In this document: piece by piece, positions 15,070-26,892 of the stretch
How positions within the stretch are numbered: position 1 is the first letter of the stretch
Layout: each line of letters begins with the position of its first letter
DNA from: the human T2T-CHM13v2.0 reference genome, Homo sapiens
DNA length: 64,000 bases
Strand: one strand, 5' to 3'
Assembly (NCBI RefSeq): GCF_009914755.1
Contig: NC_060931.1
Program-made: the position numbers and the translations under genes
Notes under the pieces: model-generated
Databases searched by the model: none
Seen by the model: the letters and a program-made list of their open reading frames with translations, nothing else
Told to the model about the DNA's origin: nothing

Positions 15070-15360
15070 ACAGTCCTATTCTTTGCATAACATTCAAATA
15101 TTGCCTTTGTTTCATCACTTTATTTTCTTCAGAATATTTACCAAAATTAATCACATCTTGTTTATTAAAGAAAGAATTAAAAGTACTTATTGTATGTCTA
15201 CTATATGTCAGATGCTATTCTAGATGCTTGCTTACTTTTTAATTATCTATGTTCTTCACAAAAAGGCAAGCTTCATCAGCAGAGAGCTTGTCTATTTTAT
15301 TCACAGGTTTGTCCTCAAAATAGGGACTCCATAATATTTATTGAATGAACAAATGAATTA
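15070..15360 (+). mobile_element. L2 3' terminus with a short opposite-strand MIR/L2 fragment inside
   Basis: aagcttcatcagcagagagcttgtctattttattcac..aatatttattgaatgaacaaatgaat. Confidence 0.6.
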
Positions 15361-15504
15361 ATTACTAATTGCTAACAAAAGTTTTCTTCAAGACTAAAAG
15401 AAACCTTTTATTTTAATTTCTCATAGATAACATTAATTAAAAAGTATGGTTAGCTTCTAACCTTAACCAAGTCCATCCAAGTGGCACAGTTCTGTCCTTT
15501 AAAT

Positions 15505-15656
15505 TATAGCACAATCATAACACATCATCTAAACTGGCTTCCTTTTGAGAGTGAAAGAAATATTATTAAAAATATGCCAGAACAATAAGCAGAAACTTAG
15601 ATTTTCCTGGGCAATCTCAGTTTGCCCTGAGCAATCCAAACTGTATGTTTAGCCTA
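15505..15656. mobile_element. MER94-like hAT-Blackjack MITE
   Basis: ttttgagagtgaaag..aatatgccagaacaa..tcctgggcaa..tatgtttagccta. Confidence 0.55.
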
Positions 15657-15814
15657 TTAAATTGTATCCTACAGTTACAGAGGCTATGTTTTGAGTCTCT
15701 AACTTGATTTTCAAGTTAAGACATGGTATTTCTAATACTTATATTTGGAAGGTATACTCTTAGATTTTAAAAGAACAAATAAGTTATAGTTTAATACTTG
15801 TCACCATGATAAAG

Positions 15815-16063
15815 ATAAAAACTAACACATCATGCTTACTATGTGCCAGGTCATACCTAAGGGTTTGATTTATTTCAACCCATTTAATCTTCACAACAAA
15901 GTTATAAAGCAGGCTTTGTTATCATCCTTATTATAGAGATGAGAACACTGAGGCACAGAGAAGTTAAGTATAATAACTTGCCCAGGGTGACATAGCTGGT
16001 GACTAAAGGAGCTGGGATTCAAACACTAGCAGTTTGCTTCCACAATCCATGCCCTCTCTACTA
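15815..16063 (-). mobile_element. MIR SINE, near full length
   Basis: cttactatgtgccagg..catttaatcttcacaac..gaggcacagagaagttaagt..cttgcccagggtgacatagct..ctgggattcaaac. Confidence 0.9.
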
Positions 16064-16399
16064 AACTTAATGTGTTATGGACAGATTGCAACTTATGCCA
16101 GGCATCTAACTGTACTTTTCCACATGATAATTGGTATGGGGTAGACAGTGCAATGGTTTGAGGAATGCTTAGGAGCCTAACATATGTAGAGCAATTATGA
16201 GGAACTTCAGGAATGCTCCAAAGCATAGCTTATCTGTCAAGAATGTCTTCATCCTGGATGGGTCTTACCTTTTAAAAAAGAAGATACTGTTTTTACGTTA
16301 GAAACATAAAATTTGTTAATTTTTCAAATACTAGGCTGAAAACAATAAATTTCAGATCAGTAAGAAGTAATCTGAAATTAGAAGAATAAATTTTTTTAA

Positions 16400-16530
16400 A
16401 ATGTTATGCACTTATGATTTAATACTGTATCTTTACATTTGTTTACACTTACCTCAACTTCGAGTTGTACTAGGTATGGTCTCTGTGTGTGTGTAAATTC
16501 TGATAAATGTTAACTTTTTTTTTAACAGAA
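16400..16530. mobile_element. Isolated internal Tigger2b-like fragment
   Basis: Aligns by eye to 47443-47570 inside the complete Tigger2b in this window. Confidence 0.75.
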
Positions 16531-16536
16531 TTGTAC

Positions 16537-17732
16537 TTTTTTTATATTGTTATACTTTAAGTTCTGGTATACATGTGCAAAAAGTGTAGGTTTGTTACAT
16601 AGGTATACACATGCCATGGTGGTTTGCTGCACCCATCAACCCGTCATCTACATTAGGTATTTCTCCTAATGCTATACCTCCACTAGCCCCCCACCCCCCG
16701 ACAGGCTCCTGTGTGTGATGTTCCCCTCCCTGTGTCCATGTGTTCTCATTGTTCAACTCCCACTTACGAGTGAGAACACACGGTGTTTGGTTTTCTATTC
16801 CTGTGTTACTTTGCTGAGAATGATGGTTTCCAGCTTCATCTAAGTCCCTGCAAAGGACACAAACTCATCCTTTTTATGGCTGCATAGTATTCCATGGTGT
16901 ATATGTGCCACATTTTCTTTATCCAGTCTAACTTTGATGGGTATTTGGGTTGGTTTCAAGTCTTTGCTATTGTGAATAGCGCCGCAATAAACATACATGT
17001 GCTTGTGTCTTTATAATAAAATGATTTATAACCGTTTGGGTATCTACCCAGTAATGGGATTGCTGTGTCAAATGGTATTTCTGGTTCTAGGTCCTTGAGA
17101 AATCACCACACTGTCTTCCACAATGGTTGAACTAATTTGCACTCCCACCAACAGTGTAAAAGTGTTCCTATTTCTCCACATCTTCTCCAGCATCCATTGT
17201 TTCCTGACTTTTTAATCATCGGCATTCTAACAGGTGTGAGATGGTATCTCACTGTGGTTTTGATTTGCATTTCTCTAATGACCAGTGATGATGCGCTTTT
17301 TTTCATATGTCTGTTGGCTGCATAAATGTCTTCTTTTGAGAAGTCTCTATTCATATCCTTTGCCCACTTTTTGATGGGGTTGTTTGTTTTTTTCTTGTAC
17401 ATTTGTTTAAGTTCCTTGTAGATTTTGGATATTAGCCCTTAGTCAGATGGATAGATTGCAGAAATTTTCTCCCATTCTGTAGGTTGCCTGTTCACTGATG
17501 ATAGTTTATTTTGCTGTGCAGAAGCTCTTTAGTTTAATTAGATCCCATTGGTCGATTTTGGCTTTTGTTGCCATTGTTTTGGTGTTTTAGTCATGAAGTC
17601 TTTGTCCATGCCTATGTCCTGAATGGTACTGCCTAGGTTTTCTTCTAGGGCTTTTATGGTTTTAGGTCTTATGTTCAAGTCTTTAATCCACCCTGAGTTA
17701 ATTTTTGTATGAGGTATAAGGAAGGGATCCAG
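16537..17732 (-). mobile_element. 5'-truncated L1PA (PA7-like)
   Basis: L1PA 3' UTR on minus strand; ORF 17103-17402 is the ORF2p C-terminus with [18 protein letters not shown]; cagaatt at 16526-16532 and 17730-17736 (TSD). Confidence 0.95.
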
Positions 17733-18169
17733 AATTTGGTATCAGGCCAATGAAATTAATGTCTGGTAGACTTTTAAATGTCATACCTCTGATTCCAATA
17801 AAATATTATTCTTGATTAAGATATTAAAATCCTAGATATGGGTTGAAACATATATGAAACAAAAAGAGTCTCATTGAAGGTTTTGTATGAAGAAATACAA
17901 TTTAAATAAAACTTAAGTAAAATTATTTTATAGTTTAAGAAACATCCCTTACACAATAGTATCAATTATAATGTTATCTACCCATAACATTGCATTTTAA
18001 AATTTCAATTCTTTCATTTTCCTGCTTCAAAATTACTTTTTAAATGACATATTTCAATGATTAATTATGCACTCAAAACAGAAAAAAAGTACAAATTTAA
18101 AAAGCAACCAAAATTAACAAGCCACCAAAATATCTGAAGTAATCATTGTTAATAAAACTGGATCATCAG

Positions 18170-18485
<316 letters not shown>

Positions 18486-19619
18486 TCATCACTCAAAATA
18501 ATGCATATTTGTATGCAGAAGAATAGACAGATAAATGATTTCATAGCAATAGTGTGCTTTTTAAATTAAAAATATTATTTATAATTTCGATTGCCTTTAA
18601 CAGAATTTAAAAACTGAAGTGGAACTTACAGAATTTCTGAGCTCTAGATACAAATTTATTACCACCTGTGATATAACTTCCAAATCATTTGTCTGAGATT
18701 AAGAAAAATATGATGAAAAACATCAAGAGCATAAAGTAAAATTTTAAAACATGTTGCAATTTTTTTCTCGTATGGAGTGGGGTCTGCTGAAAGATGAGAA
18801 ATAAGCACACAAAGATGTTCCCATATTTCCTCTTCTGATCCAACTTCCCAACGAACTAAAAGCTACCTATCTTGAACTATGCAGTTTTGGTGTTTATACA
18901 TAGGAAAATATTTTGGAGGCATGGTGGTATGTGGAAATTCCTGTTTCATAAATTAAAGTCATTTGTCAGATTGGCTAAACAGCTATTTACAGAGCATCAG
19001 TTCCTTCCAAATTTTTAAGCCATGTTGTTATATGTACATTATCCAAGTTAATGATATGAATTTTCTCTGATTTCTACATTTTCAACTCTTTGTTTTTATT
19101 TTAGTGGATTCAAAACCTGCTGTCCTTTTACCATTGTTTTTCAGTTCTGCACTTTAGTAAAAGTCATCCCTTGGGACAAAGTAGGTTTTTTTTTGTTACA
19201 TTAAGTAGGTTTTTTGTTTGTTTGTTTTGCCTGCTCTATTTTTTTTTTTCTCCAGAAGGTTCATGCCTGTTTCATTTCCTCCATGAATGAGAATGTCTTC
19301 TGGTTTCCTCTATTCTTGAATGATAATTTGGCTGTGTATACATTTTCATTCATGCTTTCTTTACTGCTTCACTGTCTTTGTGTGTTGACAGATGCCTTTC
19401 ATCTTTTACTCCAGCATCTCCAATCAAGCATCTTTGGTTGGATTTTTGACATCAAGTGATTTCTTTCCTTTTTTACAGAAAGGGCTCATGACTTGTATAT
19501 TCCCTGACTATTTTTTTGGTTGTTGCTGTTTTTGTTTATAAAATGTCTTTCTGTTGCCCTTATGTTTGTTTGACCACCTCAGTTGGGCATAATAATCTTT
19601 AGTTACAGTCTTTCCTACT

Positions 19620-19988
19620 TGCTATGGTTTGCATGTCCCCTTCAAAACTTATGTTGAAATTTAATTGCCATTGTGATGGTATTAAGAGGTGGGACCATTA
19701 AGAGGTGATTAGGTCACCAGGGCTCTGCCCTCTTGAATGGATCAATGTTGGTGTCAAGGAAGTGTCCTGTTATTAAAGGGAGTTTGACCCTCTCTTGCTG
19801 GCTTGCTCTCATGCTTTCTTGTCCTTCTGCCTTCTGCCATGGGATGACACAGCAAGAAGCCCCTTGCCAGATGTGGGCCTCTCGACCTTGGACTTCTTAG
19901 CTTCCAGAACTGTAAGAAATATTTCTTTTCTTTATAAATTACCCAGCTTGTGGTATTCTGTTATAGCAACACAGAACATACTGAGATA
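19620..19988 (+). mobile_element. MaLR solo LTR (MST family, MSTB/C-like)
   Basis: tgctatggtttgcatgtcccc..gggaccattaagaggtgattaggtca..ggtattctgttatagcaacacagaac; 5-bp TSD ctact/ctatt. Confidence 0.9.
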
Positions 19989-20115
19989 CTATTGAAGGTT
20001 GCTAACATTTGTTCCCCTATCTTCTGATTTCTTTTGACATTGGATTTAGTAGAAGTCTAAGACCAGTCTGACATTTCACCTCTCATTATTTATATACACA
20101 TATACATGTGCGTGC

Positions 20116-20120
<5 letters not shown>

Positions 20121-20148
<28 letters not shown>
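20121..20148. repeat. (CA)14 microsatellite
   Basis: Read directly. Confidence 0.95.
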
Positions 20149-20149
<1 letters not shown>

Positions 20150-23100
20150 TTTTTTCTGGCTAAAGAATAATTTCTTTACCTACAAAGTTTAAAATTTCGT
20201 CTGGACTTTCTTGGTTTAGATTGCTGTAGAAAATGTTCCTAGACTGTAAGGAATCTTTTTGATGATCTGTAATTCAATTCTTCCTTATTTTGCTTGATTA
20301 TTCTTGGAAGCCTTTTTCTGTCACCTTAGTTGACCTACCTATTTTAGGGACAACGAATTTTTATTTTGCCGGATTTACATTTTTTTTTTCTGCTGTTTCT
20401 ACCTATTATTGTCTTTGAATCACAGTTATCTAAATATTTTTTCCTGTGTAGAGTCACCATAATTATACTCTTTTTCTTAGTGGTTTGATATTTTATTGTG
20501 TCTATTTTTTTCTTGTTGGACATAACTTTGTCTAACTTATTTATTAATTCTGTGATAGTGGCTTTTGCTCCTTAAGTTGCTTCCTTCATTCTGGAATTTA
20601 GCTCCCATTTATCATTTTCTTAATGTCCTTCTTTTATAAAATTATGTTCTTATAATCTCCTATAGAAGGGAGAATAAAGTCTTCATGGTGAGTTATCCTC
20701 TCATTTTAGATTGTTTCCTTCCAGAATAGATTTCTTATCTGCTTATTTCTTTCTATTATTTTTTCCATATAGAATGTTTTTATAGTTGCCATGCCATTTA
20801 TTTCTAGGTTTTTTTTTGCATGCTTTACATCAGTAACTCTGTTAGTTGTTTTCAATGCTCATATAGAATACGATCAAATTCTCTTTTATCTACTTCTCTT
20901 CTATCTAGAACATTTTAATATTTTCCTCTGAATTTCACTTTAGAGACTGTGGTTGAGTCTGCCTATTTACTCTTAGTCCAAATTTCTCCAAATTGGGGTG
21001 GAACATGCAGTATTAAAAATATTCTTAGAAATTGTAAAGTTACTTCTTCCTCTCCATACTGTTAAACTCATCTCAGTTTTCTATTTTTCAGCATAATAAA
21101 TCTTTTTGTTTGTCTCATCCCCAATTTATAAATTTACAAATGATACATGAACTTATGGAATATAAATGGCGCATGGCCATTGTTTGAAATATTAAAGAAA
21201 TATTAAAATAGATGAACAGAGACAGAAATGCATATATGTGATATCCTTTCATATTTCTTGGTTTTCAATGAAATAGTCTTTCTTAAAAGTAAAGAGCTAA
21301 TTTTGGTCTTCTCCAGAAAAAAATTTACCCACATCCCTAAAACCCTAAGAATTCCTTACGGTTCTTAGTTACGCTGTCCACTGTGATATATACTGCATAA
21401 CATTAATTTCATGGAGTAGAAAAACCAACTTCAAAAATTCGCTAGTGTCTGGAATGACTTTGGTGAACACTGTGGGGAGAGAGCAATAACACTTTGTGAG
21501 CAGAAGTGCTACCGCGCACAGGTACCTCATTTACTTTGTTCTCATTTAAAGTTCTCATAAAATTACTTAATTCCATGTTGTTCCAAAATTGCCTTAATTG
21601 ATTTTCAGACTGCAAGTGTCATCACTGGAATATACTTTCATTTTACTGCTTTGTCTCTGCTTTATTGTTTTGCTCAAAACTAGTCCATTGAGGATCTCTT
21701 GATACAAGGCATTTTCTTCTTAGCCATATTTTATTGAAATGTCAACTAGCACTACAGTTTTCCTTTCCCTGGATTTTTGAAACTCAGAGTAATCGTGGCT
21801 TTTACATGATACTTTAATAATGTTGCCAATCCCCTGATAAGTTGTTCACATCAGTTATTTAGCCCCAATACTTAAAGCTTGGGAATCACAATGATTCTTT
21901 TCACTTTCCGCTTCTGCAATTCTAAGCGTTATGAATATTAAGTTGTACTTGCCCCAAAGCAAAAGTATATTCACAAAGATATTTGCTGAGATCAGGACTC
22001 TCTGGGCCTCGTTTTTAAACATAGCATTAATAAGAAAACACCACAAAATACATGACATTTAAAAGTAAGAGAAACAGGAATTTAGAATTTTTCAGTAAAG
22101 TTAGAAAATATGTTTATTGATTAAAGTTATCCTTAGTAATGCAACAGAACATCCTACATGAAGCTGTTGTTAAATCCTACCTTTTAAGAAACAATTTATG
22201 GGAGTGAAAGAACTCTTGGATTTAGGCATTCTAATTACTACCCTTGAATTGCATTTGTATGAGCTCTCACAAATTTTAAACTTTTTAGACAGTAAAAATG
22301 TCAGAAACTGATTCTATGAAGTAAATTTTTATGTTTTCTTTTAATCATATAATAATATTACTTTTGAAGTAAACATCAACTTAACCATAAAAGCTACTTC
22401 GTCCTTTTGAGAGTCTGAGCTAATATTTGACGGTGATATATTAAAATGATATAAACATTACAAAAATATCCAGAAAAACAAGTTTCAATCCAGATGGAGT
22501 TTCTTGATCCTTGTTTCCTGAGAAAATATGTAAGATACATCATCCAGGAGGCTAAGGGACTGTTTCACTGTAATTAGGGCAGCTTTGAATTTTGCTTCGT
22601 TAAGCTAGTGTGCATTTTTACCTTATTCAACCTATAAAGAGAAAACTGGATGATATTTTGCAAATTCTTGTCTAGCCTTTGAAAGAAAGCAGGCTATTGA
22701 TTTGGAAGTTTCCCCAGACATAGTTGCAGAGACTAAATGATCTCTAAATTTAAATTCCAAAGCGTGCACACGGTGCTGGACAGAGCAATTGCAGCCACAG
22801 AATCTTCCATGATCAAACCTTCTAAGGCAAATCAGGGTCATCTATTCTCAGGAAATTTTGACTCTATAAACCTCCCCTAATACAGGAGGTGGAATCTTAA
22901 AAAGGCCTTTTTAACAGGAGTGTCTCCCTCAGCCATCAGATTTTTTTTTTTTAGTTTCTTATACTCAGTAGAAAGAAATCTTTGGAGGAATTGTGCTACT
23001 GTTAAGCTTGGGTCTCACCTCAAATCCAAAAGAAGTTCAAAGAACCTGTAAATTAGGAGAAACAAAAAGAGAATGGGAAAAAGAAAAACAAACCCCAGCT

Positions 23101-23634
23101 AATGAAATTATTTGCCTCCAGGTCAACAACAGTAGAAACAAAGGCAAAGACAATGCTCACACCTTGTATAAAAGAAATAAGCAACACGGACATTTAAGTA
23201 AGGCAATTAAAACATAAATTAGGTCCAATAATTTCATTTCAGAGTTTTAGAAATGTCATGTTATGTAAACTGCATTCAACCCTTGAGCGTGATATTTAAG
23301 GCCCTCAATAATTTGGCAACAAACTATTTTTCCAGCCTTATAACAAATTGCCTCATAAAATGTTCCATCCAAATACCTCTATTGCCAGCAATAATCATAA
23401 TATATCCCAGGAATCTGGAATACCTGATATAACCAATAATACTTTTAACTTAAAAATTTGTGCATTTTATTTTAATAGAAAAAATACTTTTACTTATTTC
23501 CCATCAAAGTAAATCCACGCTCCAGGAAATGTGCTAGGTAAACTCTTTATAGGTCAACCTATTTTCTAGTACATTGTCCTATGTACCAGAAAATATTAGT
23601 ATTCTAGTATGAGTAGCTGGGAAGTGAAAATACC

Positions 23635-23730
23635 TAAAGCCTTGAGTTCTAGTCCTGCCCTGCTATTAACTAGTTATGTGATGCTGGCTAGGACTCTTGT
23701 ATCTTTTCCTGTATCTCCATCTGAAAGACG
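23635..23730 (+). mobile_element. MIR fragment
   Basis: ttgagttctagtcctgccctgctattaactagttatgtgatgctggc. Confidence 0.65.
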
Positions 23731-25039
23731 AAGTCAGATTAGACAAGTGGATTTCACATTTTTTTTTTCTTTTTGGCTTCTGACACCAGTATGTATAACA
23801 GATAAAGTGAAGCTTTTCTGGTAGAAGAAGCCAAAGTGGTCATGCAGGCAGTTCTGGGCTGCATGGCTTCAAATCACAGGGCGAAATCGTGTGCAGTCTT
23901 CCGGACCTTCTCTTTTGATCACGGTAGTAATATTTTCCCTTACTTTCACTCACTCTTGAATGATTTGCAGCCTCCCTGAAAGTACTACAGTTTCCCTCGT
24001 CTCCGTGCTTGTTGACAATCTTGCCTTTGGGCTGAGCTTGTTCTGCACACAATGCTGTCCCATCTGCTATTAAAATTTTGTCCACCTCCCAATGGCTGCT
24101 TAAATGATACTGTTTCCTGGAAAACTTCCTCTGTTAGAAGAAACTTTCCAAACTCATGAAAGACTTTGTGCTTTTTATATGTTACTGTTTTGATTAGTTA
24201 TTTGTATACATGTTTTCTAACTTGCTAGATGGTACACTCCTATAGCAATAGAATCATGTTTTACTTATTCAGAGCAGAAAATAACAAATTGCTCTTGTCA
24301 ATTATTGTATCTAACATAAATTGATCCTGAAGACTAGAGGAAAGCAATTTGCAGTTGATGTAAGTGTTTTAGTGCAGGGTAGGGTCTGGAATGAGTCAAG
24401 CCTTTCATAGTAAATAAAGGCTAATCTTGATGAGACTTGCTCTAGGGCCATTTCTGGGCCAGATGGATTTTTGAGCCAAAAAGCAAAAGAGATGTCTCTA
24501 GGTAGATGCAACCTTATGTCAGGACACATGGCTAGAGGAACAAAGTGTGGGCTGGAGTTCAGCCTCTGTGTGTTCCTTCATTTGGGCATTTGTGCAGAGC
24601 ACTGCCTTTCCAACTTGCACAACTACATGTGTTGGTCTGGCTTGTTTCCTATGTACCTAGTGAGAAATTTTACTCATAGAGAAAGTGAATTTCAATGAAT
24701 ACCTACTCTTCCACTACTCAGTAGCCAACTCTCTATTTCAGAAGACCCTCTCAGAGCTTCGAGTCAGAGCTTGAGTTTCTCAAGTGTTGGGATAGGGACT
24801 TGCTACAGCCTTCAATTGCAGGGAAGAAAAGGGAATCTGACACTAAATGTGGGGCAAAGGTGAAGAGGAGACTATGTAAAGGATTGAGGCCAGTAGTGAG
24901 GAGGGAGGGAGCCAGGAGAGGGTATATCAGTCTTTTCTAGAAGGCCCTTGTCGTTAGCCAGAGAGGCCAAAAATAACTCCCACACTTGGCCACTCTGGTG
25001 AATTTTGCTCTACCCTGCTATAAAAGAACTTCGTATTCT

Positions 25040-25598
25040 CATTTGACCCAGCCATCCCATTACTGGGTATATACCCAAAGGATTATAAATCATGCTGTTA
25101 CAAAGACACATGCACACGTATGTTTATTGCAGCACTATTCACAATAGCAAACACCTGGAACCAACCCAAATGTCCAATAATGATAGACTGGATTAAGAAA
25201 ATGTGGCACATGTACACCATGGAATACTATGCAGCCATAAAAAATGATGAGTTCATGTCCTTTGTAGGGACATGGATGAAGCTGGAAACCATCATTCTCA
25301 GCAAACTGTCACAAGGACAAAAAACCAAACATCTCATGTTCTCACTCATGGGTGGGAATTGAACAATGAGAACACCTGGACACAGGAAGGGGGACATCAC
25401 ACACCGGGGCCTGTTGTGGGGTGGGGGGTGGGGGAGGGATAGCATTAGGAGATATACCTAATGTAAATGACGAGTTAATGGGTGCAGCACACCAACATGG
25501 CACATGTATACATATGTAACAAACCTGCACATTGTGCACATGTACCCTAGAACTTAAAGTATAATAATAAAAATTAAATAAATAAATAAATAAAAAAT
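25040..25598 (+). mobile_element. 5'-truncated L1PA (PA4-like) with A tail
   Basis: ORF 25120-25362 is the ORF2p C-terminus (..KLETIILSKLSQGQKTKHLMFSLMGGN); perfect 17-bp TSD aaagaacttcgtattct at 25023-25039 and 25599-25615. Confidence 0.97.
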
Positions 25599-26180
25599 AA
25601 AGAACTTCGTATTCTTCAACTAGACCAGTGTTTGGTTCTGGAAACTTGGTGAAGCAGTGATGGGTATGACAATGTCCTGTTAGAAACAAGATGAGCATGA
25701 CATATTCTCACTCCCATGAGAACTTGGCTGAGTAACTGTTGGTTATCTGTAGACTGGCTAGCCCAAAGACCAAAAGTAGCACAGATGACCCCATTTGACA
25801 GAAAGGCCAAATTTTATCTTCATTGTCTTTTGTCAAAGGTAAGAATAGAGACTCCTCACACTACGTGGTTCGATACACTTTCTTCAATAAAATAATGAGC
25901 CTGGGTAAATTAACTATCTACTCATTCTTAGTGTTTATAAATTACAACATAACTAAACTCTGACTTCATCCAGGAGTGAGTAGATAACTTTAAACTTAAA
26001 CTGAATATTTTATTTTAGAATGTAAAGTTTTCTCAAGATATGTGTCTAGTCTAGGTTAATAGCCCCACCATCTGCTCAGTCACTCTAGACAGAAACTTTC
26101 TCTTTGATATTTACCCTTCCTCTCTCTCCCACTTTAATCCTTGGTTTAAATTCTTTAAAATCTCTTCACAACCTAGAAGA

Positions 26181-26892
26181 GAGATTCTCAACCTGGGGTT
26201 TACCTATTTTAGAGTTAGTTGATCACTGTTTAAAAAACAAACAAACAAACAAACAATGAAATTTCCATGGTCCTATGTATTCATCAGGGTTCTTCAGAGA
26301 AACAGACCCAACTGGATATATACAGGCATGAAGGGATTTATTATGGGAATTGACTCACATGATTATGGAGGCTGAGAAGCCCCACCGTATGCTGTCTGCA
26401 AGCTGAAGAACCGGAAAAACCAGAGGTTAATTCAGTCTGAATCTAAAAGCCTGGGAGAATCAGGGCAGCCAAAAGTACAGCTCTCAGTCTAAGGCCAAGG
26501 GCCTGAGAGCCTGGGGCCACTGGTGCAAGCCCCAGAGTCTGAAGGCCTGAGAACCTGGAGTTCTGATGTCTGAGGGCAGGAGAAGATGCACATCCCACCT
26601 TTGAACAGAGAGAGAATTCGTCTTTCCTCTGCCTTTTTGTTTCATGAGGGCCCTCAACAGATGGAATGATGGTCACTCATACTGGTGAAAGCTGATCTTT
26701 CTTACTTTGGTCCACTGACATAAGTGCTAATCTCTTCAAGAAACATCGTCAAAGACATCTCAAGAAATAATTCTTTTCCAGCTATTTGGGTATTCCTTAA
26801 CCCAGTCAAGTGGGCACTTGAAATTAATCCTCAAACCCCACTGTCTAAGCACACTGAATCAGAATTTCTGGAGTGATGGATCAGGAATCTAA
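26181..26892. mobile_element. MER5A-like MITE split by an MLT2 LTR
   Basis: gattctcaacctgg.. on the left; actgaatcagaatttctggagtgatggatcaggaatct on the right. Confidence 0.55.
26276..26835 (-). mobile_element. ERVL solo LTR (MLT2B-like)
   Basis: tgtattcatcagggttcttcagagaaacagacc..gattatggaggctgagaag..cccagtcaagt..aaattaatcctca. Confidence 0.88.

Larger units (their letters stand above)
19000..20900 (-). mobile_element. Highly decayed L1M/HAL1-like sequence, split by an MST LTR and (CA)n
   Basis: Strong T skew; tcttgaatgataatttggctgtgtata resembles reverse-strand L1/HAL1 ORF1. Confidence 0.45.

Noticed and set aside
16348-16379. Perfect 10-bp hairpin aatttcagat / atctgaaatt
   Set aside because: An AT-rich 10-bp stem is expected by chance in 64 kb; no other support
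17103-17402. 99-aa ORF with CCHC-type motif
   Set aside because: C-terminal fragment of L1 ORF2p in a 5'-truncated L1PA; not a host gene
19179-19220. aagtaggtttttt duplicated at ~24 bp spacing
   Set aside because: Trivial slippage in a T-rich decayed L1 region
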